Assembly: GCA_041571435.1 (NCBI GenBank)
Contig: JBFFUI010000005.1
Location: 26,214 to 90,213 of the forward strand
Source of the DNA: Sulfurimonadaceae bacterium
GTDB lineage: Bacteria; Campylobacterota; Campylobacteria; Campylobacterales; Sulfurimonadaceae
Direction of reading: 5' to 3'
Length of the DNA stretch: 64,000 nt
Shown here: positions 16,741 to 27,581 of the stretch, piece after piece
How the letters are laid out: every line of letters begins with the position of its first letter
How positions within the stretch are numbered: the first letter of the stretch is position 1
Notes under the pieces: generated by a model
What the model saw: only the letters and a program-made list of their open reading frames with translations
Told to the model about the DNA's origin: nothing
The model's database searches: none
Program-made: the position numbers and the translations under genes

Positions 16741-17298
16741 TTATCCGTTGAAGTAAACTGCGATCGGAGCAGCGATGCCAAGCACAATGAATACATAGCC
16801 GAATTTGTGCATATACTTTAAAAAGAATTTTTCAGTCGGATCGGCAGCCGTCGATCGACTGACTAGATCCATATATTTTTGGTAATCGTCTTTGAGCATA
16901 AACCTCGTAACTTTATCGTGATAAATAGAAGTCAAACCTATTGAAATAAACATTACTGGCGCCATAGCTGTTACTATGGCATCTTTTAAAACTAGAAATG
17001 GTGTTAGCGGAGAGCCGGTGAATACCTTGTAGGCAATATAGATAATATAAACAATGATGGATGGTAGAAAAATAAGTTTAAATTCTACCATTTTCACTTT
17101 TTTAGTCAATGCCGTCAGTTCACTGTCTCCGGCAATCTCTTTTTCCAGTTTTTCACTTTCATAGGCCGCTTTTTTCATTTTTTCAGGATAAAAGCGGCGT
17201 AAGTATTTGAGTGAAGGGTGTATGGCTCCACTGACAAGTAATAAGCCTATGAAGTAAGGACTTGTAAATAAGTTGATCACATCGTCCCAACTGCTCAT
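16741..17298 (-). CDS. Hypothetical membrane protein (about 4 TM), AT-rich
   Basis: RBS AAAGGAG before ATG 17298; hydrophobic segments. Confidence 0.7.
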   Translation of the reverse strand: MSSWDDVINLFTSPYFIGLLLVSGAIHPSLKYLRRFYPEKMKKAAYESEKLEKEIAGDSELTALTKKVKMVEFKLIFLPSIIVYIIYIAYKVFTGSPLTPFLVLKDAIVTAMAPVMFISIGLTSIYHDKVTRFMLKDDYQKYMDLVSRSTAADPTEKFFLKYMHKFGYVFIVLGIAAPIAVYFNG

Positions 17299-17415
17299 AC
17301 ATCTCCTTTGCATCTAAATGTACGAAGTGTAGCATAATCAACAATATTAAACGAAATCTATTGCATATTTGGTTGTGCTGAGTGTAGTTGAAAGTTGTGG
17401 ATAAACAATATATCG

Positions 17416-17892
17416 TTATTTGATGCGCCGTGTCATCCAGTAGTGTTTTTTCCAGTAGATATCATTCATGTTGGAGATAATGACGCCCTGACTTGAGGAG
17501 GCGTGCATAAAGTCCCCGTTTTGCAGGTAGATGCCGACATGACGGGTGTTGTATCCGGTTCTGAAAAAGACCAGATCACTGGTGGTTACGGATGAGCGCG
17601 GTACTTTTTTCCCGTAACCGGCCAGTGCCTTGGTGGTTCGGGGGATCTTCATCTTAAAGAGATCATAGTAGGCGCGCTGTACAAAACCTGAACAGTCGAT
17701 GCCTTGTGAGCCGTAACCACCAAGTTTGTAAGGGGTCTGATGCCATCTGTTGTGGTAGGGGTAGAGCTTGTCAAGATCACCGTAGTTCACATGTGAACTG
17801 TCTGATGATGAAGCGCTCGGGGCTGAACGGGTTGAACAACCGCTTAAGAGCGCTAGGAGAAGGAGTAAAAGAGCAGGGCGCAGACACAACAT
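17416..17892 (-). CDS. NlpC/P60 (C40) lipoprotein peptidoglycan endopeptidase
   Basis: Lipobox LSGC; PYKLGG, IDCSGF, HVGIY, HASS. Confidence 0.92.
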   Translation of the reverse strand: MLCLRPALLLLLLALLSGCSTRSAPSASSSDSSHVNYGDLDKLYPYHNRWHQTPYKLGGYGSQGIDCSGFVQRAYYDLFKMKIPRTTKALAGYGKKVPRSSVTTSDLVFFRTGYNTRHVGIYLQNGDFMHASSSQGVIISNMNDIYWKKHYWMTRRIK

Positions 17893-17893
17893 C

Positions 17894-18286
17894 TTAATTA
17901 CTTATTTTAATGATAGCCTGAGCAAAGATAACGCCGTCGATCCCTTCGCTGATCTTCTCTTCAATGCTGGCACCACTCTCGAGACGGCACAATATCTTGG
18001 CATCAAAGAGGTAGTTCTCAGCAACATTTTGTGCCGATTTGGCCAGTTCCTCGCTGACAAGAATGTACTTTGCGCCAAAGTTATGCGCATAGACAACTTC
18101 GCTGAGACTGGCAGCCTCAAGTGCGAACGTGAGACGGTTCTTCTGCAAATGTCTGATAATGTCGAGGTTCTCCTCTTTGAAGTGGGTAAAGAGGGCGCTG
18201 TTGGCGGGTGTATGTTCTATCTCATCGATTTCGTCGATATGATAAAAAGGTTCAAAGTCGATGTACGGATGGCCAAAAAGAAGCAT
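17894..18286 (-). CDS. Conserved hypothetical protein
   Basis: RBS GGGAGG before MLLFGHPY; AQNVAENYLFDAKIL and GIDGVI segments; in operon with rsmG. Confidence 0.75.
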   Translation of the reverse strand: MLLFGHPYIDFEPFYHIDEIDEIEHTPANSALFTHFKEENLDIIRHLQKNRLTFALEAASLSEVVYAHNFGAKYILVSEELAKSAQNVAENYLFDAKILCRLESGASIEEKISEGIDGVIFAQAIIKISN

Positions 18287-18299
18287 GCTGTCCCTCCCC

Positions 18300-18524
18300 T
18301 TATGCTTTGTCTCGACACTCTGTCGAACAGTAGAACTTACCTGAAGAGACGATGGCTTCGTTCGTCGAGATATAGGTGCCGCAGGTTGCACATTCTATCA
18401 TCATTTCGTCATCATCTTCTCTGCTGTTTTTTGCATGACGCTCCTTGGTGAGCGGGGTGCTTTTTTTGATAAAGAAAAAGTAGATAACGGCGATGACACC
18501 GATGACCAGTAGTAGTTTTAACAT
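18300..18524 (-). CDS. PP0621 family small zinc-finger membrane protein
   Basis: N-terminal TM; CATC...YCSTEC. Confidence 0.8.
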   Translation of the reverse strand: MLKLLLVIGVIAVIYFFFIKKSTPLTKERHAKNSREDDDEMMIECATCGTYISTNEAIVSSGKFYCSTECRDKA

Positions 18525-18533
18525 ATTTTCTCC

Positions 18534-19109
18534 TTAGACCTCGATGACAAGATAGTGGCGTTTTTGGGTCTGGATGATCTGATGTTTAAGTGAAGAGTCC
18601 ACTTCGTCAAAGACCTTTTCACCCTTGTAGAACAGCAGTTTACTCCCTTCGTGAAGAAAGGGTTTGCTAAGCTGCATCAGCATCTTCGTATCGGTCACGG
18701 CACGGGAGGTGACAAGGTCGATAGGACGGGGCTCCAACTCTTCGACACGGCAGTTGGCAACCGTGACATTTTTGAGTCCGAGGTCGGCTTTGATAAACTG
18801 CAAAAAACTGGCACGTTTTTGCAGGGGTTCACACAAGATAACCTCTGTATCGGGCAGGGCAAAAGCGAGGATCATACCCGGAAAACCGGCGCCTGTACCG
18901 ATGTCAAGAATGCTGTTGACTTTTGGCAAAAAAGAGACAGGGAAGACGGCATCATAGATGAACTTGTCCATCAGCTCTTCGTTTTTTGCACCGGTCAGGT
19001 TATGTATCTTGTTCCATTTCTTCAGCTGCTCTTTGTAGCGTTTGACGTAGTCAAAAAACTGTTCATCGAGTGTGATATTGTCTTTTAATAGTTCTGCTTT
19101 TATATCCAT
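18534..19109 (-). CDS. rsmG: 16S rRNA m7G527 methyltransferase
   Basis: WNKIHNLTG, LDIGTGAGFPG, TSRAV. Confidence 0.95.
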   Translation of the reverse strand: MDIKAELLKDNITLDEQFFDYVKRYKEQLKKWNKIHNLTGAKNEELMDKFIYDAVFPVSFLPKVNSILDIGTGAGFPGMILAFALPDTEVILCEPLQKRASFLQFIKADLGLKNVTVANCRVEELEPRPIDLVTSRAVTDTKMLMQLSKPFLHEGSKLLFYKGEKVFDEVDSSLKHQIIQTQKRHYLVIEV

Positions 19110-19118
19110 CTGCGGCTC

Positions 19119-19652
19119 TTAAAAAGCATAGAAGTTGTAGTTTAGACCGCCATAGGCAGCACCGGCATTGAAGTCGGTGGCTTTGTCGTTAAAGGTCCAG
19201 TAGTGGCGATAAGCCAGCTCGATCTCAAAGTCGGCAGGCAGCAAGAAGATCAAGCCTGTCTGTGCACCACCCATCGGTGCTGCCTTTGTCTCCGCATTGA
19301 TGTCGGCAATGGCGGCGCCGAAACGGACACCGAAAAAGAATTTTGCCGTCGCCTTGGCAATAACAGTGAACTCATCGCTGACACCTTCGAGGGCAAGGTA
19401 GGGGTTTTGTGTCTTGTTGACAGGCTGACCGATCTCATCGGCCGCTGTAAAGCCCAGATAGATACGACTGTTTTTGTCTTGCAGGCCGATCTTCAGACCA
19501 TACTCCGGTCCGTAAAGATAGTCTGAACCTGCCGGGGCATCTGTGAGCATTGTACCGGTTGCACCGGCTTCGATACCGACAAACCATTTTGATTCTTCGG
19601 CAAACAGCGAGAACGGGAGTATAAAAAGTAAAAGGAGAGGTAATAGTTTCAT
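19119..19652 (-). CDS. Outer-membrane beta-barrel protein
   Basis: Signal peptide, amphipathic strands, aromatic C-terminus GLNYNFYAF. Confidence 0.7.
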   Translation of the reverse strand: MKLLPLLLLFILPFSLFAEESKWFVGIEAGATGTMLTDAPAGSDYLYGPEYGLKIGLQDKNSRIYLGFTAADEIGQPVNKTQNPYLALEGVSDEFTVIAKATAKFFFGVRFGAAIADINAETKAAPMGGAQTGLIFLLPADFEIELAYRHYWTFNDKATDFNAGAAYGGLNYNFYAF

Positions 19653-19797
19653 GGTGTAAAAGCCTTCATCAATAGTCTATCTTTGAACATTTATCATATA
19701 ACATTAGCGCTCAAAAAAAACTTCACTGTTGTTTATTTGAATGATTTTAACCGTGTAACCGGTCATATGCAAACGAAAAGCCGATTGACGGTCGTTG

Positions 19798-20361
19798 TTA
19801 CAGAAGGTGTCCCATCTCATCTTTTTTGACTTGAAGGTACTCCTCATTGTGTACATTGGAGTCGATGATGATCGGAAGGCGCTCAACGATCTCGATATTT
19901 TCGAGGGAGTTGATTTTGTCCGGATTGTTGGTCAGCAGACGGATCTTTTTGATATTGAAGTGTTCCAAAATGGTCGTGACGATCTCATAGGTGCGTTCAT
20001 CAGCCGCAAAGCCCAACTGGTGGTTGGCTTCGATAGTGTTGAAACCCTGGTCCTGCAAAGCATAGGCATTGATCTTGTTGAGCAGACCGATGTTGCGCCC
20101 CTCCTGACGGAGGTAGATCACCATACCGCCTTCCTTCTCGATCGTGTTGAGCGCAAACTCCAGCTGATCGCGGCAGTCACATTTCAGACTGCCGAGGGCG
20201 TCTCCCGTCAAACATTCGGAGTGGACACGGACGATAGGTGTTTCATCTAAAGGCTCTTTGTAGATAACAAGGTGTTCTTTATGTGCCTCTTTAAACGCTT
20301 TGACTTTAAAATTGCCAAATCGTGACGGTAAATTGGCTACCTCTGAAATTTTTATGTTCAT
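19798..20361 (-). CDS. ribA: GTP cyclohydrolase II
   Basis: VRVHSECLTGDALGSLKCDC, QEGRNIGL, LLTNNP. Confidence 0.97.
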   Translation of the reverse strand: MNIKISEVANLPSRFGNFKVKAFKEAHKEHLVIYKEPLDETPIVRVHSECLTGDALGSLKCDCRDQLEFALNTIEKEGGMVIYLRQEGRNIGLLNKINAYALQDQGFNTIEANHQLGFAADERTYEIVTTILEHFNIKKIRLLTNNPDKINSLENIEIVERLPIIIDSNVHNEEYLQVKKDEMGHLL

Positions 20362-20463
20362 ATTCTCTATTCTGCTTCTTCATTTTAATAATCTAATCGA
20401 TATTATATTGTCTATCTAATTATACATAAATATTATCACTTAAATATGTCAAAGGTCTAAAAA

Positions 20464-21432
20464 ATGTTTCAACGTTTCCGTCGTAACCGTTTAAATCCCC
20501 ATCTTCGTGCACTTGTCCGCGAGACACATGTCTCAACAGATGATTTCATCTACCCGCTTTTTGTCCGTCCAGGCAAAGGGATCAAAACCGAGGTTGCATC
20601 GATGCCGGGTGTCTACCAGATGAGTATTGATGAGGCGGTCAAAGAGTGTGAAGAGCTTAAATCTTTGGGACTCTATTCGATTATCCTGTTCGGTATTCCC
20701 GAGACGAAAGACTCGGTAGGTTCCGATGCGCTTTGTGAGCATGGGATCATCGCTGAAGCGGTGCGCAGCATTAAAAAAGCGCACCCTGATATGTTTGTTG
20801 TGACGGACCTCTGCTTCTGCGAATACACAGACCACGGTCACTGCGGTATCATCGACCATGTTCATGAGACGGTAGACAACGATGCAACACTGGAGCTCTC
20901 CGGCAAACAGGCACTTGTACATGCTAAAGCAGGTGCCGATATGATCGCACCTTCTGGGATGATGGACGGTATTATCGAGACACTGAGAACAGCGCTGGAT
21001 GAGGGTGGATATGAGAATCTGCCTATCATGAGCTATTCGACAAAATTCGCAAGCGGATATTACGGTCCGTTCCGCGATGTCGCAGAATCGACACCGTCCT
21101 TTGGTGACAGAGGCTCCTACCAGATGGACCCGGCCAATCGACGTGAAGCGATCAATGAAAGTATTGTCGATGAAGCACAGGGAGCTGATATCTTGATGGT
21201 AAAACCGGCTCTGGCGTACCTGGATATTGTTCGTGATATTAAAGAGAATACACGTCTGCCGATGGCTGTCTACAACGTCAGCGGCGAATACGCAATGCTT
21301 AAATATGCCGGTGACCAGGGACTTATCGATTATGATCGTGTTTTGATGGAGACAATGATTGCGTTCAAACGGGCAGGTGCGGATATCATTATCTCGTACC
21401 ATGCCAAAGAAGTTGCCAGACTTTTAGGGTAG
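20464..21432 (+). CDS. hemB: Porphobilinogen synthase
   Basis: [32 protein letters not shown]. Confidence 0.97.
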   Translation: MFQRFRRNRLNPHLRALVRETHVSTDDFIYPLFVRPGKGIKTEVASMPGVYQMSIDEAVKECEELKSLGLYSIILFGIPETKDSVGSDALCEHGIIAEAVRSIKKAHPDMFVVTDLCFCEYTDHGHCGIIDHVHETVDNDATLELSGKQALVHAKAGADMIAPSGMMDGIIETLRTALDEGGYENLPIMSYSTKFASGYYGPFRDVAESTPSFGDRGSYQMDPANRREAINESIVDEAQGADILMVKPALAYLDIVRDIKENTRLPMAVYNVSGEYAMLKYAGDQGLIDYDRVLMETMIAFKRAGADIIISYHAKEVARLLG

Positions 21433-21441
21433 TACTGCTGC

Positions 21442-23856
21442 ATGACCAACTCTGTACTCTACTTTTTGAGCCGCTTCAGTGTTAAGCTCAAAGTCGGCTT
21501 TCTAATCCTTTTTTTGATCACGGGGATCATCTTTTGGAACCTGTCGTACATCTCTACGAACTATCGTCTCTATGGCGAAAAGATAGAGAACCTCAAATCA
21601 CTTGAGAAGGTATATGCGATCGAGGCACTGATCACCGCTTTTCAAAATGAACGGCGTGAAGCGCTCAATTTCCTCTACGTGACGCATGATCCAGCTGCCT
21701 ATGATAATAGTGTCAAGATGACACAAAAAAGGCTCGCTGGACTTCAAGAGCTGATGCAACACTGCAACTATGAACAGAAAAAGAAAATCGTTCGTCACAG
21801 TCTCGAGGGGTTTCCTGAAGTAAGGGCGGAGATCCTTGCACGGAAATTAAGTGGTACAGAGGCCGTACGGTATTACACGGACGGGATGATCAAACATCTC
21901 ATCGATATCGTGGCATCCGTCAGCCAAAAAAACAGCACGGATGGTTTTACCGCCTATTTTGACATTATCAACGCGGTTGAGTACAGTGCCTTGGAAGCGG
22001 ATCTTACCATCGCTGTCATGGGTGAGGATGCGCTCAACATCGACCTTTATGACGTGATAGTCCTGCAGGGGGGCAAGGCACAGAGTGAATTGGACAGTTT
22101 TAAACGTATTGCAGACACTGAAATCATTAATAGGCTCTATGCGAACTATCGAACCGGTGATTTTGTCGAAATGAATCTTGAAAAAGAGAAGTTCCGAAAT
22201 CACCTCTTCGGTGTCAAAGATGAACCGTTTGACCCTGGTGTATGGAGCAGCGTTACCAAAAACTATATCCAAAACCTTCGACAGATCTCAGGTCTTGAAT
22301 TTGAACAGCTTTCGCAGCAGTTGCAATCGGAGGTCGAACACTATCTTTCAAGAGTTTATCAAGACCTGTCAATGTTAATCGTACCTATTATCATTGTCGC
22401 ACTGATAGCTTATTTTATCTTTTTGGATATCAACATGGCACTGCGGACGATGTTGGACTTTTTAAACGGACGCCGCTCCAACGGTGCCAAAAAAGACCGT
22501 TATCTGCTCCTGAAATCACCGAGTGAACTGGGACAGGTCTATCGTCAGCTTTTTGCCTTCAATATGAAGATCAACAAGCAGTTCAAGATCATCAGAAGCA
22601 ACTATGAGTCAGATACATTGACGGGACTTCCGAACCGTGTGAAGTTGCTCAACTCTATGGAAAAAGCCCTCAAAGAGAAAAAGAAGTTTACACTGCTCTA
22701 CATCGATATCTATAATTTCTCTCTGATTAACGATTCGTTCGGTCAGACCGTCGGCGATATCTATCTCAAAGAGGCGGCAGCTGTTTTGCAGAGGCTGGTA
22801 AAAGAGATCGCCGTCGATCCGATTATAAAACTGCAGGTATACCGTATGGGCTCTGACGAGTTTGTGATCGTTTGTGCTAATCAGCAATACATCTCCCGGG
22901 TGGTAGAAGCTTTGACCGATACGTATCTTGTCAAAGTCGACGGCATTGAGATGCCGCTGACCTTTAGCTTCGGTCTGGCCAACAGCAATGAGACGTCGAC
23001 CCGAAGCTCTCTATTGACACAGGCCGAGTTGGCAGTCAAAGATGCGATAGCCAATCAACAGCGTTACAGTGTCTATACGGGTGATGACTCCTACAGAGTC
23101 AGGTATCAGACTAACCTGGAGTGGGTGAAACGTATTCGAAACGCCTTTGAACACAACCGTTTTGAAGCCCATTTTCAACCGATCGTCTCGACTAAAGATG
23201 AACGCTGTGCCAAGTTCGAGGTCTTGATACGTCTGAGTGAAGAGGAGGGTGAAGAGGTTATCTCACCTGTAGAGTTTCTACCGGTTCTCCAGAAAATAGG
23301 GCTTGAAAAACGTCTTACGAAGGTGATCATCGACCAAAGTTTCGAGCTGATCCATCAGTGTGACAAGGATATCTCCATCAATATGACCCGCGACGATCTT
23401 GATGAGGACATGCTGCAATATTTAGAGATGAGCCTGCAACTGCATAAGGTTGATGCATCAAGTATATCGATTGAACTGGTCGAGACGGAAGAGCTGCTCC
23501 AGGAGCGGTATATGAAGATCATTCAAGCATTTAAAGCATTGGGGTGTAAGATAGCGATTGACGATTTTGGTACGGGGTACTCAAATTTTGCCTATTTAAC
23601 ACAGATCCGACCCGATTTCCTGAAGATCGACGGATCGTTGATCAGAGACATCGATGTGAACAGAGAGAGCCGCAGTATCGTAAAAGGAATTGTAGACCTT
23701 GCGCAATCACTTGATGTCACATTGATCGCAGAATTTGTCAGTACACCCGATATTTATGCTATTATTCAAGAATTAGGTATTGAATACGCACAGGGCTACC
23801 ATTTTGGCAAGGCTGAAAGTTGCGATGTGATATTAGCGAAAGAAGGAAAGAAGTGA
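21442..23856 (+). CDS. Membrane-bound NIT-like sensor / GGDEF / EAL c-di-GMP phosphodiesterase
   Basis: Two TM segments flanking LITAFQNER (NIT-like); DTLTGLPNR and degenerate GSDEF; EVLIR and DDFGTGYS. Confidence 0.85.
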   Translation: MTNSVLYFLSRFSVKLKVGFLILFLITGIIFWNLSYISTNYRLYGEKIENLKSLEKVYAIEALITAFQNERREALNFLYVTHDPAAYDNSVKMTQKRLAGLQELMQHCNYEQKKKIVRHSLEGFPEVRAEILARKLSGTEAVRYYTDGMIKHLIDIVASVSQKNSTDGFTAYFDIINAVEYSALEADLTIAVMGEDALNIDLYDVIVLQGGKAQSELDSFKRIADTEIINRLYANYRTGDFVEMNLEKEKFRNHLFGVKDEPFDPGVWSSVTKNYIQNLRQISGLEFEQLSQQLQSEVEHYLSRVYQDLSMLIVPIIIVALIAYFIFLDINMALRTMLDFLNGRRSNGAKKDRYLLLKSPSELGQVYRQLFAFNMKINKQFKIIRSNYESDTLTGLPNRVKLLNSMEKALKEKKKFTLLYIDIYNFSLINDSFGQTVGDIYLKEAAAVLQRLVKEIAVDPIIKLQVYRMGSDEFVIVCANQQYISRVVEALTDTYLVKVDGIEMPLTFSFGLANSNETSTRSSLLTQAELAVKDAIANQQRYSVYTGDDSYRVRYQTNLEWVKRIRNAFEHNRFEAHFQPIVSTKDERCAKFEVLIRLSEEEGEEVISPVEFLPVLQKIGLEKRLTKVIIDQSFELIHQCDKDISINMTRDDLDEDMLQYLEMSLQLHKVDASSISIELVETEELLQERYMKIIQAFKALGCKIAIDDFGTGYSNFAYLTQIRPDFLKIDGSLIRDIDVNRESRSIVKGIVDLAQSLDVTLIAEFVSTPDIYAIIQELGIEYAQGYHFGKAESCDVILAKEGKK

Positions 23857-24773
23857 GACATTTTTTAACACTTAAAGATTACACTAAAGAGGAGATCCTG
23901 GAGATCATCGCTTTAGGTTTGGCGATCAAAAAAGAGCTTAAAAGCGGTGAACGCAAAGCCCATATGGCTAACAAGACCCTGGCCATGATCTTTGAGAAAA
24001 GTTCAACACGAACACGTGTCAGTTTTGAGAGCGGTATCTTTCAGCTTGGCGGTCACGGGCTTTTCCTCTCCAACCGTGACATCCATCTCGGTCGCGGCGA
24101 ACCGGTCAAAGATACGGCACGGGTAATTTCGTCTATGTGTGACATGGTGATGATCCGTACGTTTGCACATTCGATGCTCGAAGAGTTCGCATCATACTCC
24201 ACGGTACCTGTTATCAATGGATTGACAGACTCTTATCATCCGGTACAGCTTCTGGCAGATTATATGACGATGGTCGAGCACAACAGAAGTGAAAACATTG
24301 TGGCGGCATATGTCGGAGACGGAAATAACATGACCCATTCGTGGATGATGCTGGCTGCCAAGCTCGGTTTTGAATTGCGTGTGGCTACCCCGAACGCTTA
24401 CGAGGTTGATGCCGATATCAGAAGAGAAGCGGAAGAACTTGCCAAAGAGAGCGGTGCGAAACTGATCTTTACCAACTCCCCTCAAGAAGCTGTCGCCGGT
24501 GCAACTGTCGTAACAACAGATACGTGGGCATCAATGGGGCAAGAGGATGAGAAAGATGAGCGTATCAGGGCTTTTGACGGCTTTATCGTCGATGAAGCAC
24601 TGATGGCAGAGGCGCATGAGGAAGCGATCTTCTTGCACTGTCTGCCGGCATATCGCGGTCAAGAGGTAAGTGAAGGTGTTTTGGAAGGGGCGCAAAGCGT
24701 AGTCTTTGATGAGGCAGAGAATCGTCTGCATGCACAAAAAGGTCTGATGGTCTGGTTGGACCGACAACAATAA
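23853..24773 (+). CDS. argF: Ornithine carbamoyltransferase
   Basis: [25 protein letters not shown] start overlaps the upstream stop. Confidence 0.96.
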   Translation: MRHFLTLKDYTKEEILEIIALGLAIKKELKSGERKAHMANKTLAMIFEKSSTRTRVSFESGIFQLGGHGLFLSNRDIHLGRGEPVKDTARVISSMCDMVMIRTFAHSMLEEFASYSTVPVINGLTDSYHPVQLLADYMTMVEHNRSENIVAAYVGDGNNMTHSWMMLAAKLGFELRVATPNAYEVDADIRREAEELAKESGAKLIFTNSPQEAVAGATVVTTDTWASMGQEDEKDERIRAFDGFIVDEALMAEAHEEAIFLHCLPAYRGQEVSEGVLEGAQSVVFDEAENRLHAQKGLMVWLDRQQ

Positions 24774-24934
24774 AATTCTCCCTGTCGGATCTGTCCCAGG
24801 TCTGCAGATCGATCGTCTACTCTCCTGAGGCTCTTGAAAACTGCATTTATCCCTAATTTGGTTACGGTTTTAAGAGAATCTTGCTCTCGGTCAGTGTATA
24901 CTCTATCAAAATGTTAAATTATGAAGGTTGTTAC

Positions 24935-26134
24935 ATGTTTAAAATTGGAATATCACTTCTTTTTATGGTTGGGATAAGTTTTGCTGCATCACCGGAAGCA
25001 GCCCCTAAACTTAATGAAAAGTTTCAAAGTTCAAGTAACTGTAAAACTTGTCATATGCCGATTGTAACGAAGTGGGAGCAATCGTATCATGCCAAGTCGC
25101 ATTACGAGAGTAATGAGTACCTGCGTGCTTCGATGGATTATGTACAACGCAAGACACGAAAATCCATCAATGCGGTCAAAGTACAATGTGCCATATGTCA
25201 CAACCCGCGTATTGCTGTTACTGAGACCGGCATCGATTATGAGATCGCTGCCGTGATGGAGCTTGACAAAGGTTCTGCTGTCAACAAAGCGGTTAACAGT
25301 AAAGATATCGCCGAGGGGATCAACTGTCTGGTCTGTCACAATGTTGACAGTATTAACGAGCACCTTCCAGAATCAAAACGCGGTATCCATCGTATAACAT
25401 GGAACCCTGTCGGTGTTATGAGCGGACCGTTCGCCGATGCCAAATCCCCGTACCACAACACCCAACAGCGCGACTTTTTCAGTAAAGACCCTAAAGAACT
25501 CTGCTTTGTCTGCCATGCGAATGACCGTTCTGTAGGCGGTTTTGTCTTTGCTAATACAAAGCGTGAATATAAAGAGACACAAAAACAGTGTGCTGACTGC
25601 CATATGAGTCCGAAAAAGCCGGGTGTTGCAAGTACACTTCCAATTGACAACGGCAAGCAGAAAAAACGTATGGTCCGTGAACACAGTTTTGCGGGAGCGC
25701 ATGCGACATCGATGTGGAATGGCGCGCTGGATGTCAGCGGTAAAAAAATCGGTGATAACCTGCTTGTTACAATCAGCAATAGTAATCCGCACAACATACC
25801 TACAGGTTTCGGAGCGAGAGAAATCGTTGTTGATGTGGTCTATATGTCCGGCAGCAGTGTCGTGGATAAAAAGGTGTATTCATTGACACAGCACTATACC
25901 GACAAGCGCGGCAAAGCCACAATCCCGCACCTGGCAGTAAAAGCTACGGAAGCGATGTCAATTCCTGCACACGGCAAGCGCGACTTTTCTGTGAAGATCC
26001 CGAAAGGCACGGGTAATGCAGTCGTTACTGTTTCGTATAGACTGGTTAACAATGAAGTAAGAGCGTTGTTGAAACTCAAAGAGAAAGAGTGGGGCGAAAA
26101 GAAATTTATCGCCAAAGCGACTGTTCGCTTTTAA
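24935..26134 (+). CDS. Periplasmic pentaheme c-type cytochrome (c554-like N-terminus)
   Basis: Signal peptide; CKTCH, CAICH, CLVCH, CFVCH, CADCH. Confidence 0.85.
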   Translation: MFKIGISLLFMVGISFAASPEAAPKLNEKFQSSSNCKTCHMPIVTKWEQSYHAKSHYESNEYLRASMDYVQRKTRKSINAVKVQCAICHNPRIAVTETGIDYEIAAVMELDKGSAVNKAVNSKDIAEGINCLVCHNVDSINEHLPESKRGIHRITWNPVGVMSGPFADAKSPYHNTQQRDFFSKDPKELCFVCHANDRSVGGFVFANTKREYKETQKQCADCHMSPKKPGVASTLPIDNGKQKKRMVREHSFAGAHATSMWNGALDVSGKKIGDNLLVTISNSNPHNIPTGFGAREIVVDVVYMSGSSVVDKKVYSLTQHYTDKRGKATIPHLAVKATEAMSIPAHGKRDFSVKIPKGTGNAVVTVSYRLVNNEVRALLKLKEKEWGEKKFIAKATVRF

Positions 26135-26158
26135 GAGGCAAGAGCCTCTTTAGTTTTT
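26133..26158. terminator. Hairpin terminator between convergent genes
   Basis: AAGAGGC-aaga-GCCTCTT followed by TAGTTTTT. Confidence 0.65.
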
Positions 26159-26159
26159 A

Positions 26160-26366
26160 CTACCCGCGCATCTGCATCGTAATTAAAAAATCCTCACCCT
26201 CTTGTCTGACGGCAAACTGATGTTTACCGCAGAAATCATCATTCATCTTTCTTGCAAGTTCACCTGCTTCTATCAGCGCATCATCTTTATCGCTAAAAGT
26301 GGTTACGGTCTGGATATTGGCACGACGAACACAGCCGCACTCTCGTTCTATAATAATTTTATGCAT
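26160..26366 (-). CDS. Small hypothetical protein with CGC and CGKH motifs (putative metal-binding)
   Basis: RBS AAGGA; ECGC...FCGKH. Confidence 0.75.
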   Translation of the reverse strand: MHKIIIERECGCVRRANIQTVTTFSDKDDALIEAGELARKMNDDFCGKHQFAVRQEGEDFLITMQMRG

Positions 26367-26467
26367 GGTATTTCCTTCGTAAAATTTTGCGAAGTATAGT
26401 TAAAGAGATTTAAGCAGAAATAAGGTGTTTCGGTCCCATGGACCGGTTAAGAATAGAGGAAGCAGGG

Positions 26468-27433
26468 TTAGTATTTGATACCTGTGGCCTGACGTACTTT
26501 TTCGATAATAGGCATCGCCACATTACGTGCTTTTGATGCACCGAAAGCAAGGATCTCGCGTACTTCATCCTGGTTGTTCTCAAAGTATTCGCGCTTTTCG
26601 CGGTAGGGGCGGAAGTACTCCCAGATCACATCGTGAAGGTTAAGTTTGAAGTGACCGTGCCCTTCGCCACCGCGTTCATAGCGTTCCTGAAGCTCTTTTT
26701 GCTCCTCTTTGTTCAAAAAGAGTTTGGTAATGTTGTAGACATTGCAGTTCTCCCACTCTTTTGGATCTTCGAGCGGTACGGCTTCCGTGACGATCTTTTT
26801 GATTGTTTTGAGCTGTTTCTTCTCTTCGCCGAAGATGTTGATGATGTTGCCGTAGGATTTGGACATCTTCTGTCCGTCAATACCCGGAACAGTTGCGACC
26901 TTGTCGTCGACACGGTGTTCCGGGATCACAAAGACATCGCCGTGCATGTTGTTGAACTTAGTCGCAATATCACGTGCCATCTCGACATGCTGGATCTGGT
27001 CTTTTCCGACCGGGATGACATCCGAGTTGAAGAGCAGAATATCGGCTGCCATCAGAACAGGGTAGGAGAAGAGGTTATGGTTGCTCGCGATCCCTCTTGC
27101 CGTGTTATCTTTATAGCTGTGGCCGCGTTCCAGAAGACCCATTGGTGTAAAAGCTGAAAGCGCCCAGTAGAGTTCGAGCACCTCTTTGACATCAGACTGT
27201 ACCCAGAAGGTCGACTTTTCCGGGTCTACACCAAGGGCCAAAAAGTCGATAGCTGCCTGCATCGTCAATGCAGCCAGACGTTCCCCGTCATGGACCGAGG
27301 TCATTGCATGGTAATTGGCAATAAAAGCGAAAACCTCGCTATTGTCTTGTGAATCGACCATCTGCTTGATCGAACCGAAATAGTTACCAATGTGTAGATC
27401 TCCAGAGGACTGGATTCCAGTTAAAACGCGCAC
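26468..27433 (-). CDS. trpS: Tryptophan--tRNA ligase
   Basis: HIGN and KMSKS motifs; GTG start after AAAGGA. Confidence 0.97.
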   Translation of the reverse strand: MRVLTGIQSSGDLHIGNYFGSIKQMVDSQDNSEVFAFIANYHAMTSVHDGERLAALTMQAAIDFLALGVDPEKSTFWVQSDVKEVLELYWALSAFTPMGLLERGHSYKDNTARGIASNHNLFSYPVLMAADILLFNSDVIPVGKDQIQHVEMARDIATKFNNMHGDVFVIPEHRVDDKVATVPGIDGQKMSKSYGNIINIFGEEKKQLKTIKKIVTEAVPLEDPKEWENCNVYNITKLFLNKEEQKELQERYERGGEGHGHFKLNLHDVIWEYFRPYREKREYFENNQDEVREILAFGASKARNVAMPIIEKVRQATGIKY

Positions 27434-27581
27434 ATCTTTTCCTTTATTAGGGCCATTTTGATGATGCAATTATAGCCAATTAGTCTCTGATTATCATTAT
27501 TTCTAAAAGGAGTTGCCCGACGTTAATCTTTTATTATATTAGATGTGATATTCTAAAATATATCAAGTAAAAGGATGAATT

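Noticed and set aside
17396-17404. Perfect DnaA box (TGTGGATAA)
   Set aside because: Single copy with no cluster or dnaA/oriC context; expected by chance at this scale
20533-21402. 289-aa ORF antisense to hemB
   Set aside because: Shadow ORF from codon bias of a conserved gene; no motifs or RBS
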